Assembly (NCBI GenBank): GCA_040905425.1
Contig: JBBDRO010000112.1
Span: forward strand, 1-10,949
DNA from: Gemmatimonadota bacterium
GTDB lineage: Bacteria > Gemmatimonadota > Gemmatimonadetes > Longimicrobiales > RSA9
Reading direction: 5' to 3'
Length of the DNA: 10,949 nucleotides
Below are positions 1-6,587 of this stretch, one piece after another. The translations under genes were made by a program, and so were the position numbers. Each line of letters begins with the position of its first letter. Position 1 is the first letter of the stretch. Under the pieces are notes generated by a model, which had not been told where the DNA came from, searched no databases, and worked only from the letters and a program-made list of their open reading frames with translations.

Positions 1-48
1 CGGAGGTTCAGTAATTTAGCGGACCCAACTGTCTCATCGGGCTTGACA
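1..48. mobile_element. Possible terminal inverted repeat (right end) of an insertion sequence
   Basis: ...ACTGTCTCATCGGGCTTGACA ends in CA-3' and carries an outward-facing TTGACA (43-48), reminiscent of IS3/IS481-type ends; TAA at 12-14 could end an upstream ORF. No transposase or partner repeat is visible in the window. Confidence 0.25.
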
Positions 49-169
49 GGTCCCGCCCGCCATGGCTTCTGACCCCGCTTCGCCATGCTTCGACGTCCGC
101 TGACAGCACCATTGCCCCGGGCCAGGAATCGGCCCTACCTTGGCTCGATGAGGGAAAGGTGGGTTGAAC

Positions 170-218
170 TTCCTATCCCTTCCCTATCCCTCTTCCTATC
201 CCTTCCCTTCCCTTCCCT
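170..218. repeat. Polypyrimidine/polypurine low-complexity tract (CCTAT/CCCTT units) including a canonical G-quadruplex motif on the minus strand
   Basis: TTCCTATCCCTTCCCTATCCCTCTTCCTATCCCTTCCCTTCCCTTCCCT; 200-217 reads GGGAAGGGAAGGGAAGGG on the minus strand; seven CCC runs in total. Confidence 0.8.
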
Positions 219-234
219 CGAGCCGGCGTTCACA

Positions 235-1683
235 TCACTCACCGTGATAGAGTCGAGCCAGATCCACCAGTTCCACGTCGTGGCGGTCCCTCGCGGCCCT
301 GCCCACCTCGACGTCGAACTCCGTGCCGAAGAGGAGGAGCTTGGCCACCGCGGCCCGGGGGCCCAGACCGGCCCTGGCTTGTTCGAGGTGGCGGAGGTGC
401 CTGGCCGTTATCTTCTCCCCGGCTTTGGCCTCGCCGATGGCGATGACCCTTCGACCCGATGGCTCGCCGGCTCCGTCATCTGCGGCCACGAGTACATCAA
501 GTTCGTACTCCCTACCCTCGATGCTCGCGGATGACGGCCCCACATAGTCGGGGGACGCACCGATCGTATCGTTACATGCGTACTTGCGCACCCAGCTTCG
601 AGCCTGCTCCTCGAACACTGGGCCACGCACACGCGCATCGAATGTGGTCGAGAGCCGATGCCGCCACAGCTCGACCGGGTTCCGATCACGCAGGAGTGCG
701 CCGTGAGGTTCCAGGATGGCATAATGGAACTGGAGGAAGGGGTCCGCGAGCGCGTACGTCGGCCGTCGGGCTCGAACTGGATCCTCGTGTCGAAGCACGA
801 AGCCGGCCGCGACCAGCCGGTTGAGTGACGGGGCCAGGTTGGAGACCGGGCGCCGTAGCTGATTGCCTATCGATCCCGCGGTGATGGCGCCATTCGCAAT
901 CGCCCCCAGAATACTGTGATGAAGCGTTGGACTGGCGCTGGAAAGCGTGGGATCCTCCGCCAACAACGTGGCGGCCTCGTGATGGAGTGTAGCCGCCGGT
1001 GAAAGGACACGCGCTGCCACCCAGCGGGGGAAGTCGTCGGGTCCGTCCGGCAGGTCGTAGTTGACCATGTCGGTCGCGTAGCCGACCACGCCCCCTATGA
1101 CCGCAAAGATCCGCGCGGTCAACGCCAGGTCCTGCTTCAGCTCGAGGAGCAACGCGATCTGCCGGTAGTCGAACGGCTGCATCACCAGTTCCAGCCCGGC
1201 TCGTCCGCGTAGCGGAGCCTCCCCGGCGGTCAATGCGCGCATCATGGCGATGGCAGAGCCGCAGAGCACGAGCCTGCCTCGGCCTGGCGCTGCCTTCTGC
1301 CCGGCAGGACCGATCGCCGCTGCGATGACCGAATCCAACCTCGGCTCCCCCTCCAACAGGTAGCCGAATTCATCCAGCGCCACCGGCGTTACGCCGTCCG
1401 CGCCGAGCCGCAACAGCCGCGAGACCGCATCCTCCCAGGTCTCGAATGACAGCTTGCCGACCCCGAGATGGCCCCCCAGAGCTTCTCCGAGTCGCGCCAG
1501 GTGGATGGCCGGCTCGCCCCGGGTGGCCTCCCAGTAAAAGCCGCCGCGTGCGCTGACGAGTTCGTGGAGGAGGGTCGATTTTCCGATGCGACGGCGCCCG
1601 TACACGAGCCCGAGGGTGTGGCGCTGGACCGGGGCATCGAGGAAATCCGTGAGGGGCTGGCGGGCATTCGCTGCGTCCATCAT
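235..1683 (-). CDS. Archaeal-ATPase/DUF234-family (STAND-like) ATP-binding protein: P-loop ATPase + winged helix + C-terminal PD-(D/E)XK nuclease-like domain
   Basis: Walker A GRRRIGKS (1599-1576), Walker B VALDEFGYL, LVLCGS strand, PLRGRA motif; HTH-like segment ITAGSIGNQLRRPVSNLAPSLNRLVAAGFV; family motifs YALADPFLQFHY and GPVFEEQAR; nuclease-like ELDVLV...IGEAK. Start set at the ATG-ATG pair (1683/1680) because the track's TTG at 1698 falls on the predicted -10 box. Confidence 0.88.
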   Translation of the reverse strand: MMDAANARQPLTDFLDAPVQRHTLGLVYGRRRIGKSTLLHELVSARGGFYWEATRGEPAIHLARLGEALGGHLGVGKLSFETWEDAVSRLLRLGADGVTPVALDEFGYLLEGEPRLDSVIAAAIGPAGQKAAPGRGRLVLCGSAIAMMRALTAGEAPLRGRAGLELVMQPFDYRQIALLLELKQDLALTARIFAVIGGVVGYATDMVNYDLPDGPDDFPRWVAARVLSPAATLHHEAATLLAEDPTLSSASPTLHHSILGAIANGAITAGSIGNQLRRPVSNLAPSLNRLVAAGFVLRHEDPVRARRPTYALADPFLQFHYAILEPHGALLRDRNPVELWRHRLSTTFDARVRGPVFEEQARSWVRKYACNDTIGASPDYVGPSSASIEGREYELDVLVAADDGAGEPSGRRVIAIGEAKAGEKITARHLRHLEQARAGLGPRAAVAKLLLFGTEFDVEVGRAARDRHDVELVDLARLYHGE

Positions 1684-1693
1684 TACTCGTCCG

Positions 1694-1738
1694 TACAATA
1701 GTATTGTAGATGATAGTATTGTCTACGATAGTATTGGA
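1694..1738. promoter_or_regulatory. Three tandem 15-bp quasi-palindromic boxes (putative operator array) upstream of the ATPase-nuclease gene
   Basis: TACAATAGTATTGTA (1694-1708, perfect inverted repeat TACAATA-G-TATTGTA), GATGATAGTATTGTC (1709-1723), TACGATAGTATTGGA (1724-1738). Invariant core ATAGTATTG at 1698, 1713, 1728. Only 13/45 G+C. Confidence 0.75.
1698..1725 (-). promoter_or_regulatory. Putative sigma70 promoter of the ATPase-nuclease gene
   Basis: Minus strand TAGACA (1725-1720) - 16 bp - TACTAT (1703-1698), ending 14 nt before the ATG at 1683. Confidence 0.55.
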
Positions 1739-1782
1739 TAGTGCGGATGGCAAGGCTTGTACGCTGAACGCTATGCCGCCTC

Positions 1783-1822
1783 GCAACGGGCCCGGCGCCG
1801 GCAGGCGGCCGGGCCTCGTCGC
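1783..1822 (-). terminator. GC-rich stem-loop downstream of the patatin gene (putative terminator or 3' stabiliser, no U-tract)
   Basis: Minus strand GCGACG-a-GGCCCGG-c-CGCC [TGCC] GGCG-CCGGGCC-CGTTGC: 17-bp stem with two single bulges and one G-U pair that forms only on the minus strand; begins 26 nt after the patatin stop. Confidence 0.5.
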
Positions 1823-1848
1823 TTGCTGGATTTTGATTTAGATGGTGA

Positions 1849-3132
1849 TCAGCTCCCCGCGGCCACGGCGTCCGAGGGCGCGCCCTGCAGAAAGGCGTCG
1901 ATGCGGGCGCCGTTGCGCTCGGCGTCCTGCTTGCCCAGGCGGATGAGGCGCTGCAGGTAGCGGGGCTGGAACATGAGCATGGAGAGCACGTCGGCGCTGC
2001 GCGTTTCCTGTGTGCCCAGGCCGCGCGCCATGAAGCGGAGCGCCCACGGCAGGCGCGGCTCGTAGCGGGCGGCCAGCACGCCCATGTCCTTGGAGGGGCG
2101 CATCACCAGCAGGCGCACCGGGCGCATGCCGTCCCGCTGGTCGGGGGGCAGGACTTCCAGCAGTTGGTTGATGCGTTCCAGGCGGTGCATGTCCTGGTCG
2201 ATGAGATCCAGGAAGACGGCGTTCAGCAGCACGCCGAGCATCTGCGCGGGCGGCGGGTAGCCCACGGTGGCGGGCCGGTCGGCTTCGGCGGCGCTGCGGT
2301 CGTAGCGCGTGGAGATGGCCAGCACGCGGTGCGCGCCCAGGTGGAGCGCGGGGGAGAGGGGCGCGGCCAGCCGGATGCCGCCGTCCCCGTACCAGTGCTC
2401 GCCGATCTGTACCGCCGGGAAGAAAATGGGCAGCGCCGCGGAGGCCATGACGTGGTCCACGGTAATCGGCGCCCGCACGGCCTTGCGCTGCGGCCGCTGC
2501 CACGGCTCGATGTCCCTGCCCTGCAGGAACACCACCGTCTGGCCCGTGGTGTAGGAGGTGGTGATGAAGGCGGCCGCCTTCAGCGCACCCCGTTCGAGGT
2601 TGTAGTCGATGCCCGTGACGCGCCCGTTCACGGTGGCCAGCGTCTCCTCCAGCAGCGTGCGGAGCGGGGCGGTCTCCAGCAGCCCGCGCACCCGGGGCGC
2701 GCTCCGCGACCCGGCGCTGAGCAGGCGCATCCCCCAGCGCGCGCCGTTCCACAACAGGTCCAGCGGTCCGGCCTGGAAGACCTGTTCGGTGGTGAGCTCG
2801 CTCCACAGACCCTCGAGCTCGTCCACGCCCTGGCGGAAGGAGCCGGTGCGCGCGGCCAGCTTGGCGGCGTTCACGGCGCCGGCGGAGACGCCGGTCAGGA
2901 TGGGGACGCTGACGTCGGGATAGTGGCGCGCGATCCAGGAGAGCACGCCCACCTGGTAGGCGCCCCGCGCGCCGCCGCCGGTGAGCACCAACCCCAGGTC
3001 GTCCGCGACGTGGCCGGGGGCGGCCTCCATGCCCACGGGCTCCTGGCCGCCGGAGGGGGCGGTGGCGTCGTGGGCCGGCTGGGGCGCCGAGGCGTCCTGG
3101 TGTGCCGGCGAGGCGGCCGAGGCGTCCGTCAT
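1849..3132 (-). CDS. Patatin-like phospholipase family protein
   Basis: Oxyanion motif LVLTGGGARGAYQVG, nucleophile GVSAG (GxSxG), ASAALPIFFP, catalytic DGG. Start at ATG 3132 (MTDASA...) is supported by a promoter just upstream; ATG 3030 is an alternative. The track's extension to 3777 overlaps the opposite-strand gene. Confidence 0.92.
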   Translation of the reverse strand: MTDASAASPAHQDASAPQPAHDATAPSGGQEPVGMEAAPGHVADDLGLVLTGGGARGAYQVGVLSWIARHYPDVSVPILTGVSAGAVNAAKLAARTGSFRQGVDELEGLWSELTTEQVFQAGPLDLLWNGARWGMRLLSAGSRSAPRVRGLLETAPLRTLLEETLATVNGRVTGIDYNLERGALKAAAFITTSYTTGQTVVFLQGRDIEPWQRPQRKAVRAPITVDHVMASAALPIFFPAVQIGEHWYGDGGIRLAAPLSPALHLGAHRVLAISTRYDRSAAEADRPATVGYPPPAQMLGVLLNAVFLDLIDQDMHRLERINQLLEVLPPDQRDGMRPVRLLVMRPSKDMGVLAARYEPRLPWALRFMARGLGTQETRSADVLSMLMFQPRYLQRLIRLGKQDAERNGARIDAFLQGAPSDAVAAGS

Positions 3133-3139
3133 GTGCGGC

Positions 3140-3168
3140 AATCTACGCCTTGCGAAGGCGGTGGCCAA
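3140..3168 (-). promoter_or_regulatory. Putative sigma70 promoter giving a leaderless patatin mRNA
   Basis: Minus strand TTGGCC (3168-3163) - 17 bp - TAGATT (3145-3140), then 7 nt to ATG 3132; no Shine-Dalgarno. Confidence 0.55.
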
Positions 3169-3225
3169 CGGGTGAAGTTCGGCGCGCCGGACGCGCCGGC
3201 CGCGAGCTGAGCCACACCCGCAGCC

Positions 3226-3861
3226 ATGCCAGGAGCCATGCCCGATCTGAGCCTTGTCTTTGCCGGACCGTGGGGACCCGTTCTCATCTTTCTGCTGCGG
3301 ATATGCGACGTCTCCATCTCCACGCTCCGTATCCTCCTCTCCCTGCGCGGGCACCGCTTCCTCGTTCCCGTCCTGGGCTTCGTAGAGGTGACCATCTGGA
3401 TCTTCGCGGTGGGCAACGCGGTGCAGCACCTGGACAGCCCGCTGCACATCCTTGGCTACGCGGGCGGCTTCTCCATGGGCACCCTGGTGGGCCTGTGGCT
3501 GGAGGAGAAGCTGGCCATCGGCATGGCCACGGTGCAGATCATCTCCGCCCACGGGGGCGTGGAGATGGCGGACGCCCTCCGGGAGCGGGGCTTCGGCGTG
3601 ACGGAGTTCGCCGGGCAGGGCCGGGAGGGGACGGTGGAGGTGGTCTACACGGCGGTGACCCGCCGCCAGATCCGGCATGTCATGGCCGAGGTGGACCGCT
3701 GGGATCCGGACGCCTTCGTCACAGTGGATGAGCCCCGCGAGATGCGCCGCGGCTGGATGTTCTCCACGCCCCGGCACCGGCTAGGAGCCAACCTGGGCAT
3801 CCGCGGGATAAAGGACCGGGCGGCACAGCGGAATCAGCAGAAGGGCAAGGACCAGCCGTAA
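3226..3861 (+). CDS. UPF0316 / DUF2179-domain membrane protein (about 3 TM helices plus a PII-like C-terminal domain)
   Basis: IFLLRICDVSISTLR, LGFVEVTIWIFAV, YAGGFSMGTLVGLWLEEKLAIG, LRERGFGVTEFAGQGREG, DPDAFVTVDE match the family pattern. Start is ATG 3226 or 3238. Confidence 0.88.
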   Translation: MPGAMPDLSLVFAGPWGPVLIFLLRICDVSISTLRILLSLRGHRFLVPVLGFVEVTIWIFAVGNAVQHLDSPLHILGYAGGFSMGTLVGLWLEEKLAIGMATVQIISAHGGVEMADALRERGFGVTEFAGQGREGTVEVVYTAVTRRQIRHVMAEVDRWDPDAFVTVDEPREMRRGWMFSTPRHRLGANLGIRGIKDRAAQRNQQKGKDQP

Positions 3862-3882
3862 GGGACCGGCGTTCCTCCCGGC

Positions 3883-5481
3883 TCAGTCCAGGATCACCTG
3901 CCGCACGTCCACCACCTCGGGCACCCCGCGCAGCGCCTCCACCACCGAGGGCGGCAGCGGCGCGTCCACATTCAGGGCGGCCATGGCCTCGCCACCCGCC
4001 GCCTCCCGCGCCTGGTGGTACTCCGCGATGTTCACCCCGGCCTCACCGAGCACCGTTCCCACGTGGCCGATGACGCCTGGCACGTCATGATTGCGGAGCA
4101 CCACGAGCGAACCGTGCGGACGCACGTTCAGGTGAAATTCGCGGATGCGCACGATGCGCGGGAAGAGGCCGGCCACGAGCGCGCCGGTGACGCGCGTCTC
4201 ACCGGCGGCGGTGGTGGCCCGCAGGTCCACGTAGTCGGCATAGTCGCCGCGCGGCCCCACACCGGTGCGCGCCACGGTGATGCCGCGGCTCTCGGCCAGG
4301 TGCACGGCGTTGACCAGGTTCACACCGCCACGGCCCACCACCTTCTCGAGCAGGCCCACGAGCACGCTGGACAGCACCGGCCGGAGCGCGTCGTCGTGCC
4401 CCCCGGCGTAGCGCACCTCCACCCGCCGCACGGCGCCCTCGACCAGCGCGGCACCCAGGCGCCCCACCCGCGTGGCCAGGTCCAGCAGGGTGGCCAGGCG
4501 CTGCATGGCCTCCCCGCCGAGCGCGGGCGCGTTGATGGCGCGCGCCAGGTCATTCTCGAGCAGCGCGGCGCGCACCGCCTCCGCGATCTCCACGGCCACG
4601 TTCTCCTGCGCCTCGGCCGTGGCGGCGCCCAGGTGGGGCGTGAGCACCAGGTTGTCCACGGCGCGCAGCGGGTGGTCGGCGGGCAGCGGTTCCTCGGCGT
4701 AGACGTCCAGCGCCGCCCCGGCCAGCTGCCCCGATTTCAAAGCCTCGACCAGCGCCGCCTCGTCCACCACACCGCCGCGCGCGGCGTTCACCAGGAAGGC
4801 GCCGCGCTTCATGCCGGCCAGGCGGGTAGCGTCCAGCAGCCCCGAGGTGGCGTCCGTGAGCGGCACGTGCACGGAGACCACGTCCGCGCTGGCCAGCACC
4901 ACCTCCAGCTCGGCCAGCTCCATCTTGAGGGACGCCGCGCGCTCCTCCGAGAGGAAGGGGTCGTAGGCCAGCACCCGCATACCGAACGCCTGCGCGCGCC
5001 GCGCCACCTCCCCGCCGATGCGCCCGGCGCCCACCAGCCCCAGCGTCTTGCCGTAGAGCTCGTTGCCCTGGAAGCTCTTGCGGTCCCACTGGCCCGCGCG
5101 CATGGAGCGGTCCGCCGCCGGCACGCGCCGCACCAGCGAGAGCAGCAGCGCCAGCGTCAGCTCGGCGGCCGAGATGGTATTGCCGGACGGCGCGTTCAGC
5201 ACCGCGATGCCGCGCTCGGTGGCGGCGCCCACGTCGATGTTGTCCACGCCCACGCCGGCGCGGCCGATGACGCGCAGCCCGTTGGCGGAGGCCAGCGCCT
5301 CGCGCGTGATACGCGTGGCGCTGCGCACGATGACGGCGTCGGCCTCCGCGAGCGCCACTGCCAGCTCGTCCGGCGTGAGGTCCGTGCGGGCCACCACGTC
5401 GAAGCGCTCGTCGTCCGTGAGGGGCGCCAGGCCGGAGCTGGAGATGGCGTCCGCCACCAGGACGCGGAAACGCTGGCTCAT
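3883..5481 (-). CDS. serA: D-3-phosphoglycerate dehydrogenase (long form with ASB and ACT domains)
   Basis: IVRSAT, IGRAGVGVDNID, NAPSGNTISAAE, NAD-binding GAGRIG, catalytic NAARGG / DVYAEEP / TPHLG, ACT-like NHDVPGVIGHVGTVLGEAGVNI. GGAGGT RBS upstream; ATG 5481 overlaps the upstream stop (ATGA). 532 aa. Confidence 0.96.
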   Translation of the reverse strand: MSQRFRVLVADAISSSGLAPLTDDERFDVVARTDLTPDELAVALAEADAVIVRSATRITREALASANGLRVIGRAGVGVDNIDVGAATERGIAVLNAPSGNTISAAELTLALLLSLVRRVPAADRSMRAGQWDRKSFQGNELYGKTLGLVGAGRIGGEVARRAQAFGMRVLAYDPFLSEERAASLKMELAELEVVLASADVVSVHVPLTDATSGLLDATRLAGMKRGAFLVNAARGGVVDEAALVEALKSGQLAGAALDVYAEEPLPADHPLRAVDNLVLTPHLGAATAEAQENVAVEIAEAVRAALLENDLARAINAPALGGEAMQRLATLLDLATRVGRLGAALVEGAVRRVEVRYAGGHDDALRPVLSSVLVGLLEKVVGRGGVNLVNAVHLAESRGITVARTGVGPRGDYADYVDLRATTAAGETRVTGALVAGLFPRIVRIREFHLNVRPHGSLVVLRNHDVPGVIGHVGTVLGEAGVNIAEYHQAREAAGGEAMAALNVDAPLPPSVVEALRGVPEVVDVRQVILD

Positions 5482-6587
5482 GCCGTAAACACCTCCGTCA
5501 GGGCTTCCAGCAGGGCCTCCAGGCCGTTGACCGTGTGGTCCCCCATGTGCCCGATGCGGAACGTCTCCTCGCGCAGCCTGCCGTACCCCGTGGCCACTGC
5601 GAAGCCCCGCTCCTGCGCCGCCGCTACCACCTTCGGGCCGGTCCAGCCGGCGGGCGGGCGGATGGCCGACACGGTGGGCGAGCGCGCGCCCGCGGGCGCC
5701 ATGATCTCCAGCTTCGCGCCCTTGCCCGCCAGCTCGTCCACCCACGCCCAGGTGCGCCGCGCCATGGCCGCGTGCCGCTCCCAGCGCCGCTCCACGCCCT
5801 CCTCCATCATGGCGTCCAGCTGCACGGCCAGAGCAAACATGAGGGAGACGGCGGGCGTGTTCGGCGTCTGATTCTTGAGCAGGTTCTTCTCGTACTCCAG
5901 GAAGTCGAAGTAGATGCCGCGATCCGCCTTGTTGCGGGCCCGCTCGAGCAGCCCCTCCTGCGCCACGCCGAAGGCCAGCCCCGGGGGCAGCGCCATGGCC
6001 TTCTGCGAGCCGGTGAGCACCCAGTCCAGTCCCCAGGCGTCCGTCTCCACCGGCGCCCCGGCCATCCCGGACACGCTGTCCACCAGCAGCGCCACGTCGC
6101 CCGCGGCGCGCGTCACTTCGGCCAGCTCGTCGATGGGATTCAGCACGCCTGTGGAGGTCTCCGAATGGCACACCGTGACCGCGTCGTAGATGCCCCGCTT
6201 CAGCGCGCCGTCCAGCATGTCGGCGGTGTGCGCCTGGCCCCACTCCACCTCCAGCGCGTCGGCCTTGAGGCCCGTGGCCAGGGCAATGCGGTAGAAGCGC
6301 TCGCTGAAGGCGCCGTTGACGAGTGAGAGCACGCGCCGGCGTGCCCCGTTGCGCAGCCCCGCCTCCATGGCGCCCGTGCCGGAGGCCGGAAAGATGTAGA
6401 CCGGCCGCTCCGTCCGGAACAGCTGCCGGATGCGCGGCTGGATGTGGCCCATCAGGTCCTCCATCTCGGGGACCCGGTGGCCGATCATGGGTTGGAGCAT
6501 GGCCTCCAGCACCGCGGGCCTTACCTCGGTGGGGCCGGGAAGGAAGAAGCGGCCGAAGGGGGCCGCGTTCGATTTCTTGGCGCTCAT
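5478..6587 (-). CDS. Class V PLP-dependent aminotransferase (alanine-glyoxylate/serine-pyruvate family); probable phosphoserine aminotransferase by context
   Basis: FLPGPTEV, ASGTGAMEA, NGAFSERF, HSETSTGV, VDSVSG, PLP-lysine motif GSQKAMALPPG, FRIGHMG. ATG 6587 overlaps the serB stop (ATGA). 369 aa. Confidence 0.92.
   Translation of the reverse strand: MSAKKSNAAPFGRFFLPGPTEVRPAVLEAMLQPMIGHRVPEMEDLMGHIQPRIRQLFRTERPVYIFPASGTGAMEAGLRNGARRRVLSLVNGAFSERFYRIALATGLKADALEVEWGQAHTADMLDGALKRGIYDAVTVCHSETSTGVLNPIDELAEVTRAAGDVALLVDSVSGMAGAPVETDAWGLDWVLTGSQKAMALPPGLAFGVAQEGLLERARNKADRGIYFDFLEYEKNLLKNQTPNTPAVSLMFALAVQLDAMMEEGVERRWERHAAMARRTWAWVDELAGKGAKLEIMAPAGARSPTVSAIRPPAGWTGPKVVAAAQERGFAVATGYGRLREETFRIGHMGDHTVNGLEALLEALTEVFTA

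Noticed and set aside
1..86. Minus-strand open frame MAKRGQKPWRAGPVKPDETVGSAKLLNL running off the edge
   Set aside because: Too short to support, atypical codons, no clear RBS; cannot be excluded without flanking sequence.
85..534. 149-aa plus-strand ORF
   Set aside because: Runs through the low-complexity tract and antisense to the ATPase; no motifs.
1694..1738. CRISPR array or iterons
   Set aside because: Units are 15 bp and abut with no spacers; no cas or rep gene is present.
1763..1843. Integron attC-like look on the minus strand (ATCTAAA ... hairpin ... GTTCAGC), which would make the ATPase a gene cassette
   Set aside because: The R boxes deviate from RYYYAAC/GTTRRRY and are not complementary, no L boxes pair, and there is no palindromic attC after the ATPase gene; a terminator-like hairpin explains it.
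235..3132. Patatin plus ATPase as a CBASS/CapV-like two-gene defence operon
   Set aside because: The patatin has core-like composition and a housekeeping-type sequence, is followed by a hairpin, the ATPase has its own promoter, and no cyclase is present.
3133..3777. N-terminal extension making patatin 642 aa
   Set aside because: Overlaps the real DUF2179 gene on the other strand; a promoter supports the start at 3132.
4015..5871. 618-aa plus-strand ORF
   Set aside because: Antisense shadow of serA and the aminotransferase; no recognisable motifs; long stop-free frames are expected at this GC.
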